The notes under the pieces were generated by a model. It was given only the letters and a program-made list of their open reading frames with translations, did no database searches and was not told the DNA's origin. A program made the position numbers and the translations under genes. DNA of 64,000 bases from Microcoleus sp. (lineage in GTDB: Bacteria; Cyanobacteriota; Cyanobacteriia; Cyanobacteriales; Microcoleaceae), in assembly GCA_042408215.1 (NCBI GenBank), contig JAYFMW010000006.1, positions 992,001-1,056,000 of the forward strand, in the 5' to 3' direction. This document shows, piece after piece, positions 40,894 to 51,396 of the stretch. Each line of letters begins with the position of its first letter. Position 1 is the stretch's first letter.

Positions 40894-42066
40894 ATGAAGC
40901 TAGGACAATGGATAGGCTTATTAGCCCTCATCGCATCTTGTTACATCCTGTGGCAAATCAGGCAAGCCCTATTGCTGTTATTTACAGCAGTCGTCTTAGC
41001 CACAGCCTTAAACAGGCTAGCACGGTACTTACAGAAATTCCGGCTCAAAAGATCGATCGCCGTACTCTTATCAATTAGCTTCCTAGTCCTGATTTTCGTA
41101 GGCTTATTCCTGATCATTGTACCACCCTTTACCCAACAGTTTCAACAACTTACCCAAAGAGCCCCTCAAGGAATAGAAAGATTAAATGAGTGGATAGATC
41201 AAATTGAAGCTCGCTTTTCAGGACAATTTGGTCAGCGGCTGCCAAATCTTGATGTTAACGACATCATGCAACAACTGCAACCTTTATTCAACCAACTCGT
41301 CGGCGGTGCAGGAGCCTTTGTCGGCAACACATTAGGCGTTATCCTCAGCTTTTTGCTCGTCATAGTTTTGACCTTGATGACATTAGCAGAACCTCTCTCT
41401 TACCGCAAAGCATTTATACAACTATTTCCATCTTTTTATCGGCGACGAGTCGATGGCATCTTAGATGAATGCGAAATAGCCCTCGGTCGATGGGTTATCG
41501 GCGCTTTAATTAGCATGAGTGTGATTGCTTTTTTGAGCTTAATTGGTCTGTCGGTATTGCAAGTTCCCCTACCGCTAGCTCACGCTGTAGTAGCAGGATT
41601 TCTTAACCTAATTCCCAATATAGGCCCCACTCTGAGCGTCATCCCGCCAATGACGATCGCACTTTTAGATTCTCCCTTACAATCAGGTTTTGTCCTAATC
41701 CTTTACTTTCTAATTCAACAGTTTGAAAGCAACGTCCTCACCCCCTACGTCATGGCACAGCAAGTATCACTGCTGCCAGCAGTAACATTAATAGCTCAAG
41801 TATTCTTCGCCACCTTCTTTGGATTTTTAGGCTTATTGCTAGCCCTTCCCCTCACTGTTGTTGCTCAAGTTTGGATTAGAGAAGTCTTAATTAAAGACAT
41901 TCTCAACCAGTGGGACACCAATCCCAGAAACCTAGCAGCAATTGATTCTGCTATTCACGAGGAGTACGAAGCTATAGGAGTAACACATAGCAAGCCAGAA
42001 AGCAAGCCAGAACAAAAATCAGAAATCCCAAATAATACAGAAATTGATGATCCTGAAAATTCATAA
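40894..42066 (+). CDS. AI-2E (PerM/UPF0118) family transporter
   Basis: Multi-TM; IPNIGP, QQFESN.LTP, GLLLALPL; start MKLGQW. Confidence 0.9.
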   Translation: MKLGQWIGLLALIASCYILWQIRQALLLLFTAVVLATALNRLARYLQKFRLKRSIAVLLSISFLVLIFVGLFLIIVPPFTQQFQQLTQRAPQGIERLNEWIDQIEARFSGQFGQRLPNLDVNDIMQQLQPLFNQLVGGAGAFVGNTLGVILSFLLVIVLTLMTLAEPLSYRKAFIQLFPSFYRRRVDGILDECEIALGRWVIGALISMSVIAFLSLIGLSVLQVPLPLAHAVVAGFLNLIPNIGPTLSVIPPMTIALLDSPLQSGFVLILYFLIQQFESNVLTPYVMAQQVSLLPAVTLIAQVFFATFFGFLGLLLALPLTVVAQVWIREVLIKDILNQWDTNPRNLAAIDSAIHEEYEAIGVTHSKPESKPEQKSEIPNNTEIDDPENS

Positions 42067-42070
42067 ATTA

Positions 42071-43620
42071 TAAGAAATACCCTGAAAACCCTGTGACTTT
42101 AGTCCAGGGATGAAAGGGCGTGGCAGGATTTATCCTGCCTGTTCGTAAGTTTCAATATAACATAATGTTTAACCGTCCCCGGACAAATACTTCTAGCAAT
42201 TGAGACCAAGGTAAAGATTTGTTGAGGATTAATTAACTTGTTAATTCACGATATATACTAAACATAGTATCATAACAGCCAGTAAGTTAAATGTACGCAG
42301 TACAAAAAGATGTTTGGCATTTAAAAGGACTCGACAAAACCATTGTCGAACAACTACTAAGATGGTCAAATAATCTGTTTAATGTCGGAACTTACGAAAG
42401 TCGGCAACAATACTTTAAGAACCAAAGCGTAGTTAAATATCCAGATTTGTATAAAATCACCAAAACCAACGAAAATTACGGGTTGCTATACTCTCAAGTC
42501 GCCCAGCAATCTCTTAAATCTGTCGCGGAATCTTTTACTTCTTTCCGAGCCTTAGAGAAGTTGGCAAATCAAGGAGAAATCCATCAAAAACCGAGACTAC
42601 CAAGGTACAGAACAAAAGGGGGAATGTACCCCGTTTCATATCCCGGTCAAGCCTTAAAGGTGATTGGAAATAAAGTCAGATTACCCCTGGGGAAAAAAGG
42701 AAAAGAATACTTTGGGAAAGATGCGATTTGGGTTCCACTACCTGAACGTATCAAGAATTGCCAGATCGAAGAACTCAGGTTAATCCCTAGAAATGGTGAG
42801 GTCTGGGTCGAATATGTCCACGAATCTCTGACTGAGCAAGCTCCTAGTTGCAGCCTGGAAGTAACAGGGGTTCTGGGAATAGATCATGGCATCAATAACT
42901 GGTTAACTTGTGTCTCTAGCAATGGTAAACCTTTCATCATTGATGGACATAGACTCAAGTCTTGGAACCAATGGTTTAACAAAGAAAAAGCGAGAGTTCA
43001 ATCAGAACACGCAATACATAAATTACCCAAAGGTTTTTCGTCAAAAAGATTACAACAGTTGTCGGAAATTCGCACTAGAAGGATGAGAGATGCTGTCAAC
43101 AAAGCAGTTAGAACCATCGTAGATTATTGCGAAAATCACCAAATTAACGTCTTAGTCTTTGGTTGGAATAAAGGACAGAAGCAAGAAGTCAATATGGGGG
43201 TAGTGACTAACCAAAGTTTTGTCCAAATACCCACTGCTAAAGTCAAAGATAGACTCCAACAAGAATGTGACTTAAAGGGGTGGCGATTTGTCGAACAAGA
43301 TGAATCTTACACATCAAAAGCAAGTTTTTTAGACCGAGACATTTTGCCAGTAAAAGTCGGTGAAAAACCTGACAATTGGCAACCATCGGGTAAAAGAATC
43401 AAAAGAGGATTGTACCGTTCTAGCGCTGGGTTGTTAATCAATGCAGACGTTAACGGTGCTGCTAATATCATTAGAAAATCAATCATTTGCCATAGACTCA
43501 ATTATTGAGAGAGTGGGTAGAGGGTTGCTGACTAATCCTTTGAGAATTAAACTTTGGGCGGATTCATCCCCCAAAGTTTGTCCTTAAGAATCCCCGTGTC
43601 TTTAGACCGGGGAGTGTCAA
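42071..43620 (+). mobile_element. IS200/IS605 tnpB-only element
   Basis: Left hairpin CCCTGTGACTTTAGTCCAGGG; right end GAATCCCCGTGTCTTTAGACCGGGGAGTGTCAA; left border approximate. Confidence 0.85.
42291..43508 (+). CDS. tnpB: TnpB RNA-guided endonuclease (zinc-finger-less type)
   Basis: GIDHG, DESYTSKAS, RIKRGLY, NADVNGAANI. Confidence 0.9.
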   Translation: MYAVQKDVWHLKGLDKTIVEQLLRWSNNLFNVGTYESRQQYFKNQSVVKYPDLYKITKTNENYGLLYSQVAQQSLKSVAESFTSFRALEKLANQGEIHQKPRLPRYRTKGGMYPVSYPGQALKVIGNKVRLPLGKKGKEYFGKDAIWVPLPERIKNCQIEELRLIPRNGEVWVEYVHESLTEQAPSCSLEVTGVLGIDHGINNWLTCVSSNGKPFIIDGHRLKSWNQWFNKEKARVQSEHAIHKLPKGFSSKRLQQLSEIRTRRMRDAVNKAVRTIVDYCENHQINVLVFGWNKGQKQEVNMGVVTNQSFVQIPTAKVKDRLQQECDLKGWRFVEQDESYTSKASFLDRDILPVKVGEKPDNWQPSGKRIKRGLYRSSAGLLINADVNGAANIIRKSIICHRLNY

Positions 43621-43712
43621 TTCAAACAACGAGGTCGATCGCCACTCACAGCATTCCCTCCCTCGACAATCCATCAATCCAAAATCTAAAATCCAAAACC
43701 TAAAATTGTATT

Positions 43713-44888
43713 ATGCGATCGATCGACGAAATCAACGATAAAATCAGCCAAGGCAAAGCCACAGTCTGGACAATCGAAGAACTCAAAAACCGAGTCCAAG
43801 AAACCAGCATTACCCAAGCCGCCAAAGAAGTCGATGTCATCACCACCGGCACCTTCGAGCCAATGGAATCATCAGGCGCAATTATCAACCTCGGCCACAC
43901 AGATCCCCCCATAAAAATCCGCCAGTGCTGGCTAGACGGCGTTCTAGCCTACTCCGGCTTCGGAGCCGTAGACCTGTACCTGGGGGCCACCCAAGTAGCC
44001 GAAGAAGGCGAAGAATCGCGGGAACGAGGTGGCGGACACGTCATCGAAGATTTGATTGCTGGCAAACCCGTACAATTGCGCGCCCAGGGGCAAGTAACAG
44101 ACTGCTACCCCCGTGCCTCCTTTGAAACCACAATTACCCGCGATACCATCAACCAGTTTTATTTATTCAATCCCCGGAACGCATATCAAAATTTTATTGT
44201 TGGTGTCAACGGGGGCGATCGACCACTATTCACCTACCTAGGGCCCCTACAACCAAACCTCGGCAACGCCGTCTATTCCAGCCTAGGAGCCATGTCTCCC
44301 CTGCTAAATGACCCCGACCTCCAACTCATCGGCATCGGCACCCGCATCTTCCTAGGAGGCGCTCAGGGCTACATCACCTGGGAAGGAACCCAACACTTTC
44401 CGCTGCAAAAACGCCAGCCCAACCGCACCCCCATCGGCCCGGCCGCCACCCTCGCACTAATCGGCGACGCCAAACAGATGAACTCCAAATGGGTGCGCGG
44501 CTGCTACTTCAAAAACTACGGCCCATCGCTGATGCTGGGAGTCGGCATCCCCTTTCCCGTCTTAAACGAAACCGTCGTCGCCAACTGTGCAGTATCAGAC
44601 AAAAAAATAGTAGCGCCGGTGGTAGATTTCTCTATCCCCCGGCGCGTTCGTCCCACCTTCGGTTCAGTTAGCTATGCCCAATTAAAAACAGGTCGCATTG
44701 TCATAGAGGGAAAACCCGTGCGGGCGGCCCCCCTAGCGAGTATGTTTCTCTCCCGACAAGTAGCTTTGGAATTGAAGCAGCAAATTGAAGCTGGTCAATT
44801 TACCCTGACGGCCCCAGTTGCTCCTCTACCAGCAGACAGAGTATTTCTGCCACAGGATGTGTGGGGGGCACAAGTCAGACTAGATTGA
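43713..44888 (+). CDS. DUF39 homocysteine biosynthesis protein (aspartate-semialdehyde sulfurtransferase-like)
   Basis: VDVITTGTF, GGGHVIEDL, TDCYPR, NPRNAYQN, YTYLG-like FTYLG. Confidence 0.85.
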   Translation: MRSIDEINDKISQGKATVWTIEELKNRVQETSITQAAKEVDVITTGTFEPMESSGAIINLGHTDPPIKIRQCWLDGVLAYSGFGAVDLYLGATQVAEEGEESRERGGGHVIEDLIAGKPVQLRAQGQVTDCYPRASFETTITRDTINQFYLFNPRNAYQNFIVGVNGGDRPLFTYLGPLQPNLGNAVYSSLGAMSPLLNDPDLQLIGIGTRIFLGGAQGYITWEGTQHFPLQKRQPNRTPIGPAATLALIGDAKQMNSKWVRGCYFKNYGPSLMLGVGIPFPVLNETVVANCAVSDKKIVAPVVDFSIPRRVRPTFGSVSYAQLKTGRIVIEGKPVRAAPLASMFLSRQVALELKQQIEAGQFTLTAPVAPLPADRVFLPQDVWGAQVRLD

Positions 44889-44906
44889 CAATTTTAGATG
44901 GGCGAT

Positions 44907-46151
44907 TTACGGCTCAACAGGCTTAGGTTTCTTCACCGGCTTAGCAAGGGGTTCCTTGGGAACTGGGGGCGCTCCGGCTGAGGGCTTGATGTGAGGACGC
45001 TCTATAGGAGAACCGTCACCGCGAGGCTGTGGGGTAAATGGACGCTTCCCTCCCCCTCCTTTGAAGCCACCGGGTTTGCTACCGGGGGGGAATTTCCGCT
45101 TTTTGATCGGTAGCGCCCCAATATTGTTAGCCTGCTGAATCATCAGACTATCAGCCTGCAACTTGACGTGAAAATCCCAAAAAAACCCGATCGCCTTTGT
45201 TGCTAAATCTCCCTTGAGTTTCAACTTAAAAAACTTCATCTTGTTTTCGTCATTCTTGCGGGGAGCTTGCTTAATCTTGACGATGACATATTTTTCTTGA
45301 TCGTGGGATTGATAGATGACCTCGCCTCGAATCGAAAAATAGCCATCTTCAACATCAGGTTCAGAGGGCGACAAAGGTGCGGTTGAGGCTTCGCCACTGC
45401 TCTCAATTTCTCCTGTGTCTAGATTTTCCTCGTCAGAGGAAGGTTCGGGAGGTTTTTTGAGCGTTTCGGGCTCCCAAACTCCCATAATCTGGGCGTGCAA
45501 GTTGCCGTCTTCTTGTCGGGTGCGGGGATAGACCACCCACAGGTGTTCTTGTTCCAAGTCCAGGTGATTTTTGACTAAACTCATGACTCTACCCAGCAAA
45601 ACTGCGTCGATGGCAGTTCCGTCGGAAGCTATGAGCATACCCCGCGTGAATTGCTCTTCTGATTGGGTGTAGCGGCCCCGCACCAAACCAACAGCTCGGT
45701 ACTGTCTGGGTTCGCTGGGGGGGGGAATCGGATGTTGGCGCATGACAGCGGGTATGCCATCGGTGGCTTCGCTTTCGTGAGTGGTTGTGTCGGCTGTCGC
45801 GGGCGGCGCGACTGCAATAGCTGGAGTATCACTGGCCGATGCCGAAGGTGCTGCCTGTTTGGAGGGTGTAGGAGGATTGCTGGGCGGGTTTTTGGGCTTT
45901 GCTTGCTCCTTCGGGCCAGAACTGTAGCGTGGTCGTTGCAGTGCTTCCTTGGACGCTGGAGCGTCCGTTGGTGTTGGCGCTTTATATTGGTCAACAGGTG
46001 CAGCCGAGGTGGCAGACAGGGGACTTTCGTCTGGTGTCTGGGGCTCGGAGGCTGTATCTTTGGGCGGATTGACGGCCAGTTCGCTCGGCTGAGCCGATCG
46101 AGCTGAAGTAGATTTGGACGATTTGGAAGACCGGTTGGGAGAGGGGTTCAT
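44907..46151 (-). CDS. Hypothetical protein with Pro/Ser-rich disordered termini
   Basis: Long ORF with GGAG RBS; globular core HPIPPPSEPRQYRA...LWVVYPRT. Confidence 0.75.
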   Translation of the reverse strand: MNPSPNRSSKSSKSTSARSAQPSELAVNPPKDTASEPQTPDESPLSATSAAPVDQYKAPTPTDAPASKEALQRPRYSSGPKEQAKPKNPPSNPPTPSKQAAPSASASDTPAIAVAPPATADTTTHESEATDGIPAVMRQHPIPPPSEPRQYRAVGLVRGRYTQSEEQFTRGMLIASDGTAIDAVLLGRVMSLVKNHLDLEQEHLWVVYPRTRQEDGNLHAQIMGVWEPETLKKPPEPSSDEENLDTGEIESSGEASTAPLSPSEPDVEDGYFSIRGEVIYQSHDQEKYVIVKIKQAPRKNDENKMKFFKLKLKGDLATKAIGFFWDFHVKLQADSLMIQQANNIGALPIKKRKFPPGSKPGGFKGGGGKRPFTPQPRGDGSPIERPHIKPSAGAPPVPKEPLAKPVKKPKPVEP

Positions 46152-46720
46152 AAAAACTCCTTGCAGCGGAGACACATCCCTTAAGGGAGATTAGGAATAA
46201 ACTGAAGAAACTGCTTTAAAAACTACTAGCACCAGACAGGCGGGCCGGTGGGCCCGCTGGTCTGGTTTTGACCCGTCAACGCCAACTTTCAATGCGTTAG
46301 GTGTGTCGATCGGTTCGCTGGCTGCTAAAATCCTTGTGAGCAAGGACTTTGAGAGTTGCTGAACCTTCGATCGCGCCCATTGAAAGTTGGAGTTGCTGGC
46401 TAATAGCATTTAGGATATTCAGCTTGCCTATTTTACTTAATCCAATTACCGAACGGGCTGATCCGCCATATTTTTGGTAATTTTGAGCAAGACCAAACTC
46501 AATTGGACAGACTACGCACTCCTTGGGGCTGCGAGTCTTGGTGTCCAAAATTGTTTAGCTAGCATGGAGTTGTGGGTCTGTTACCATATTAGCTGCAAGT
46601 AAAAGGTTGCTTTGTCACAGTTGGGGCCCTAAAGTTAAAAACCTGATGGACTTGGCATAGGCAGCAGGTGATGCCTTCAATCTCAGAAAATAGTAAATTT
46701 TAAGCTGAAATAGTTGAATT

Positions 46721-47629
46721 ATGGATAAAGCAAACAAGGGTCGTGGGTTGATTACTGTGGCGATGGTGCTGGCGCTCATCGCTTTTGTGGGATTTTCTGC
46801 TGTTCCGATTTTGGACAGCATTCTCAAGGGAAACCAAGCCCAAAGTAGGTCAACTCCAACGCCTACTCAGACGGCGGCGGCTGGGGAGAAGCAATCAGAG
46901 TTGCTGCAAGCTCAGGCGAGGGGTTACGAATTGGTTTTGCAGCGGGAAGCTGACAATGTAACGGCTCTGCGGGGACTGTTGCAGGTGCGGCTGGAGTTGA
47001 TCGGACAAGGTGTGGGGGACATTAAGGATGTGGTGTCTCCTTTGTCCAAGTTGGCTAAGCTGAATCCTGAGACTACTGAATACGGGATTTTGCTGGCTCA
47101 GGCTAAGGAACGCACGGGCGATCGCGAAGGTGCGGCTCAGGCTTACCGGGCAATTTTGGCGGCTAAGCCGGGAGAAATTAAGGCTTTGCAGGGATTGGTG
47201 AATTTGCTGTTGGTGCAGCAGCGGCCGGAAGCTGCGATCGGACTGCTGCAAGATACGCTGAAAGCGGCGACTGCTGCGAATCTGGCGAAACCCGAAAGTA
47301 TTGATACAACTTCGGTGGAGTTGATTTTGGGACAGGTTTATGCTGTGGAGAAGCGGTTTGAGGAGGCGATCGCGATTTATGACGAATCCGCTAAGGCTAA
47401 TCCCAAGGATTTTCGCCCAACTTTAGGAAAGGCGATCGTGCTGAAGGAACAGGGAAAAACAGATGAGGCCAAAACGCTGTTTGATAAAGCTACTGAGTTA
47501 GCGCCTCCTAACTATAAAGACCAAATTAATCAGTTAGCTAGCGAGGCTCCAAAGCCTTCTCCTTCGCCTGCTGGGAGTCCAAAACCGGGGGCATCGCCGA
47601 GTCCTGAAGGTGCGCTACCGAAGCCTTAA
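46721..47629 (+). CDS. Membrane-anchored TPR protein
   Basis: N-terminal TM helix, TPR-like helices, Pro-rich tail. Confidence 0.85.
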   Translation: MDKANKGRGLITVAMVLALIAFVGFSAVPILDSILKGNQAQSRSTPTPTQTAAAGEKQSELLQAQARGYELVLQREADNVTALRGLLQVRLELIGQGVGDIKDVVSPLSKLAKLNPETTEYGILLAQAKERTGDREGAAQAYRAILAAKPGEIKALQGLVNLLLVQQRPEAAIGLLQDTLKAATAANLAKPESIDTTSVELILGQVYAVEKRFEEAIAIYDESAKANPKDFRPTLGKAIVLKEQGKTDEAKTLFDKATELAPPNYKDQINQLASEAPKPSPSPAGSPKPGASPSPEGALPKP

Positions 47630-47902
47630 AGAGTATTTTGAGTTGTAGGGGCGGTGACCCCAGGCCCGCCCGCTTTATTTTGAGTTAAACAGTTTGAAAT
47701 TCAGACACTCAATCATTACCCCCTTCCCGCTAGAAGATGATCTACTTCTTCCTGATTCTTCCTGATTCTGACTTCGTGTCCTTCGCGTCTTCGCGGTTGA
47801 ATAATCATAATTATTCGGGCGCGAAAGGAGTAAAATTCGCGCACTCTATCAACCTAAAAACTCAAATCGGATTACCAATTCGACAAAATCTCGGAGGGAA
47901 TT

Positions 47903-48165
47903 GTCAGTAACTCAGGTCTAAAGACGCGCTCGCTTGTAAGAGCAATCTTTCGCAAGCTGTACTGACCAGCTATCGTCTTAACTGACTACGTTTTTCGAGT
48001 CACGATGGTGCGTGCGTAGTCGAACCACACCTGTGGAATGCGAAGCTAGTTAAGAGCTCTGTCCGGAGCAATTAAACAGTTTTAAAGTCACGCTTTACAG
48101 TGTTGCAGGTCTAAAAAGCACGCCAAACAAAGGCGCGCGCTAACATCACAATAAATTGGAGAGAC
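47903..48165 (+). ncRNA. omegaRNA scaffold (degenerate)
   Basis: GTCAGTA..TACTGAC stem, CTACGTT, ATGCGAAGCTAGT, TTAAACAG, GCTAACATCAC. Confidence 0.75.
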
Positions 48166-48171
48166 ACAAAA

Positions 48172-49440
48172 ATGTCTAACATTATTTTCGTACTTGATAC
48201 CAACAAAAAACCACTTACACATTGTAAGCCATCAATGGCTCGTAAGTTGTTGACTGCGGGTAAAGCTGCGGTTTTTAAGCGCGATCCATTTACCATCATT
48301 TTAAAAAAGGCGGTGACAGAAACACCTGAATCCACTCTCAATCTAGACCCCGGTTCTCAAACAACTGGAATTGCTTTACTGCAAGGCGATCAAGTTGTTT
48401 TTGGTGCTGAATAAACCCATAGAGGGCAAAGCATCAAAGCAAGTCTTGAGTCCCGTCGCTGATTACGGAGGGGAAGACGAAGCCGCCATACTCGCTATCG
48501 CCAACCAAGGTTTTTAAACCGCACCCGATCGAAGGGTTGGTTAGCCCCTAGTTTACAAGATCGAGTCGAAACAACTTTGACTTTGGTGAACAAATTTATT
48601 AGGCTTGCACCGATCGGTTCAATTGTTCAAGAGCTTGTCAGGTTCGATCTACAACAACTAGAAAACCCTGAAATTTCAGGTATTGAGTATCAGCAAGGAG
48701 AGTTCCCAGGCTACGAAGTTCGTGAATACCTACTCAATAAGTGGGAGCGAAAATGTGCTTACTGTGGCCTCGAAAATGTGCCTTTACAGATTGAACATAT
48801 TCATCCCATATCCCTGGGGGGTAGTAATCGCATTTCCAATCTTTGTCTTGCTTGCAAAAAATGCAATCTCAAAAAGGGGACTCAGAATATTGAGCAATTT
48901 ATTGCCCAGAAACCAGATATTCTGAAACGGGTTATGTCTCAAGCAAAACGTCCTCTCAAAGATGCAGCGGCCGTTAATTCAACTCGATGGGCTTTGTTTA
49001 ACAAACTCAAAGAAACAGGGTTGCCTGTTTCAACTGGTTCCGGTGGATTAACTAAGTTTAATCGAACTCGATTAAAACTACATAAAACTCATTGGCTAGA
49101 CGCTGCTTGTGTCGGGAAAATTGGAGAATTAGAAATTTTAACAAACCAGCCGTTGTTGATTAAGGCGACGGGACACGGCACTCGTCAAATGTGTCGGACA
49201 GACAAGTTTGGCTTCCCATCTCGGTACGTTCTAAAAAACAAGTTTGTCAAAGGTTTTCAGACGGGTGACATTGTGAAAGCAGTCGTCACTAATGGAAAAA
49301 AAATAGGCAAATATGTGGGTCGGGAAGGCATTCAGGTCAACGGGTTCATTTAATATTTCAGCGTCATAATTTGTGCAAGGAATCAGTTACAAATACAGCC
49401 AAATTGTTCATCGTAAAGATGGTTATGGCTACGCATTTTA
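48172..49440 (+). pseudogene. iscB: IscB pseudogene
   Basis: Closely parallels 39479-40751; in-frame stops at 48412 and about 48460; C-terminal frameshift. Confidence 0.88.
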
Positions 49441-49601
49441 AAGATTCACTCGCTTATTGAAATCCCCCCTGGGATGCACGCTCGCCCTTCGACACTTCGA
49501 CTACGCGAGCGTGCGACGCTTCGCTCAGGATCAACTCCGCCGAAGTGTCGTTTCCCTCTCTAGGGTCAAGCCGCTGAGTTTCCCACTTACCGAGTTTTTT
49601 T

Positions 49602-50510
49602 ATGATTCAAAGCATTGATAGCATTGTTCTACCCCCTGCTTTTCCAGACCACACTCAATTACCAGACTCCGACGGTACTTTTGTGAAAAATTTTCAGGAG
49701 CATCCGCAGAGTTTAATTCTAACTGATTCGATCGGACCAATTTTGCAGGAGCGGCATCCTGACGGACAATATGCGATCGGTCAAGACTGCGGCATTTACT
49801 GGCGAGAAACGGAACCGGCAGAACAAGGTGCCGAAGCTCCTGATTGGTTTTACGTTCCCAATGTACCTCCCAATTTAGACGGTCAAATTCGGCGTTACTA
49901 CGTGCTGTGGCGGGAACACATAGCACCGTTAATTGCTTTGGAATTTGCGAGCGGGAACGGGGATGAAGAGCGCGATTCCCTACCCTTCGGGAACCCCTAC
50001 GGGGAACGGGATAGCTTCGCTTCACGTACTCCTTTATCTCGCACTGATGAAGGGGTAATAACGAAACCAGGAAAGTTTTGGGTGTAGGAGCAGGTGATGC
50101 GAATTCCCTATTACGGCATCTACCAAGTTAATAATGGCAGATTAGAAGTTTATCGGTTGATTGACGGGTATTATCAACTGTTAGAACTCAATCAACGCGG
50201 TCATTTTGCGATCGCATCTTTAGGCATAGAATTGGGAATTTGGCAAGGCAATTATCAAAATCCAACCATGCTTTGGCTGCGCTGGTGGGACGAGGGAGGT
50301 AATTTGCTGTTGATTGGCGATGAAAGAGCAGAATTGGAGAGATTGCGAGGGGAACAACAGTGGGAAAGGGGCGAGAGTGCAGAGCAGGCACGACAAGCTG
50401 AATTTCAGGCAAGAAGGGATGCAATTCCCCGATTGTTGGGAATGGGTTTGAGTGCCGAACAAGTGGCGGAGGCGTTAGGTTTATCTGTGGAGGAAGTCAA
50501 CCGATTTTAG
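49602..50510 (+). pseudogene. Uma2 family gene with nonsense codon and in-frame 48-bp insertion
   Basis: APDWFYVP, LEFASG, GKFWV* (TAG 50085-50087), continuing in frame as ORF 50094-50510. Confidence 0.8.
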
Positions 50511-50544
50511 ATTTTAGATTTTAGATTTTAGATTGAAAAAATTG

Positions 50545-50595
50545 ATCTAACTTTTTGAAAGTACGAATAGATTTGGGAGTCCAACCAATTTTCAT
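50545..50595 (-). pseudogene. Truncated RelE/YafQ-like toxin remnant
   Basis: MKIGWTPKSIRTFKKL coupled via TGATG to the upstream gene, then runs into a (TCTAAAA)n array. Confidence 0.45.
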
Positions 50596-50819
50596 CAATC
50601 ATCCAACTCCGCCATAAAATCGGCTACAGAACCAAATTTAACATTTCCCTCAGCATACTCTTGACGAACTTCTGCTACTTCCTTAAGTAATTCATTTCGT
50701 CGCTGTTGTCGCAGACGATTCTGAAGAATATCTAGAAGAATAGCTTGATCTTCTAATGATAAAACTTCTACAGCTTCAAGAGCTTGCTGGAATTGAGATG
50801 TCTGTGTCGTTTTACTCAT
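50595..50819 (-). CDS. Small acidic protein, putative antitoxin
   Basis: 74 aa; LSLEDQ..L and G.V..GSV.DFM.EL patterns; overlaps the toxin-like remnant. Confidence 0.55.
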   Translation of the reverse strand: MSKTTQTSQFQQALEAVEVLSLEDQAILLDILQNRLRQQRRNELLKEVAEVRQEYAEGNVKFGSVADFMAELDD

Positions 50820-50832
50820 ATTTTTTTTGCTA

Positions 50833-50936
50833 TAGCGGTTCTCAAAAAAGTGAGGTATGCCCACGGCACCCTAGGCCCTATGCCCCATGCCCCATGCCCT
50901 ATGCCCAGTCGTACCTCATCTTTCTGAGAAAGGCTA
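50833..50936. mobile_element. TA-targeting MITE carrying ATGCCC(C/T) heptamers, copy 2
   Basis: About 25-bp imperfect TIR TAGCGGTTCTCAAAAAAGTGAGGTA / TACCTCATCTTTCTGAGAAAGGCTA, flanked by TA. Confidence 0.8.
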
Positions 50937-51145
50937 TACTTATAATCACGATATTTTGTATTTATTTTAGCAAGACTTATCCTAAGCTAGCATTTTTTAG
51001 TTGTGATGTGGAGAAATCCTGAGACGACTTTCAAAATGAACAAATTAGGTGTGAACGGCCCGCCCTACAAATTAATACCACATTTGCATCTTCTACAATC
51101 GCTTCTCACCCGTGCATCCTAAAGCAATCTACAAGGCGAGCTCAC

Positions 51146-51334
51146 TCAGTAGTCACCTAGAGCTTTACGAACCTCGATTTCTTCAGCAGCGATTTCGATG
51201 GCTTCTGGAACCCTTTGTTGATCGATAATGCCTGCATCAATGAGTGCATCAACGATCAAAGCCGCTAGCTGCTCGCTTGTTAAAGTTCGTTTGGCTTCTT
51301 CGTTCTTAAATTCTTGTTCGGGAAGTTCGCGCAT
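51146..51334 (-). CDS. Small hypothetical protein
   Basis: 62-aa helical ORF (ALIVDALIDAGII...EEIEVRKALGDY). Confidence 0.5.
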   Translation of the reverse strand: MRELPEQEFKNEEAKRTLTSEQLAALIVDALIDAGIIDQQRVPEAIEIAAEEIEVRKALGDY

Positions 51335-51396
51335 TGTTTTCTTTATCCCCTTTTTTTGCCGTTTAATTAGTAAGGTGGGCATCGCCCACCTACAAA

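Larger units (their letters stand above)
47903..49601 (+). mobile_element. Degenerate IS200/IS605 IscB element
   Basis: Starts GTCA after GGAGGGAATT; right end CTGAGTTTCCCACTTACCGAG then a T run, before ATGA at 49602. Confidence 0.85.

Noticed and set aside
46176..46720. ncRNA or small genes in the long divergent intergenic region
   Set aside because: No recognisable motif, and the short ORFs lack support
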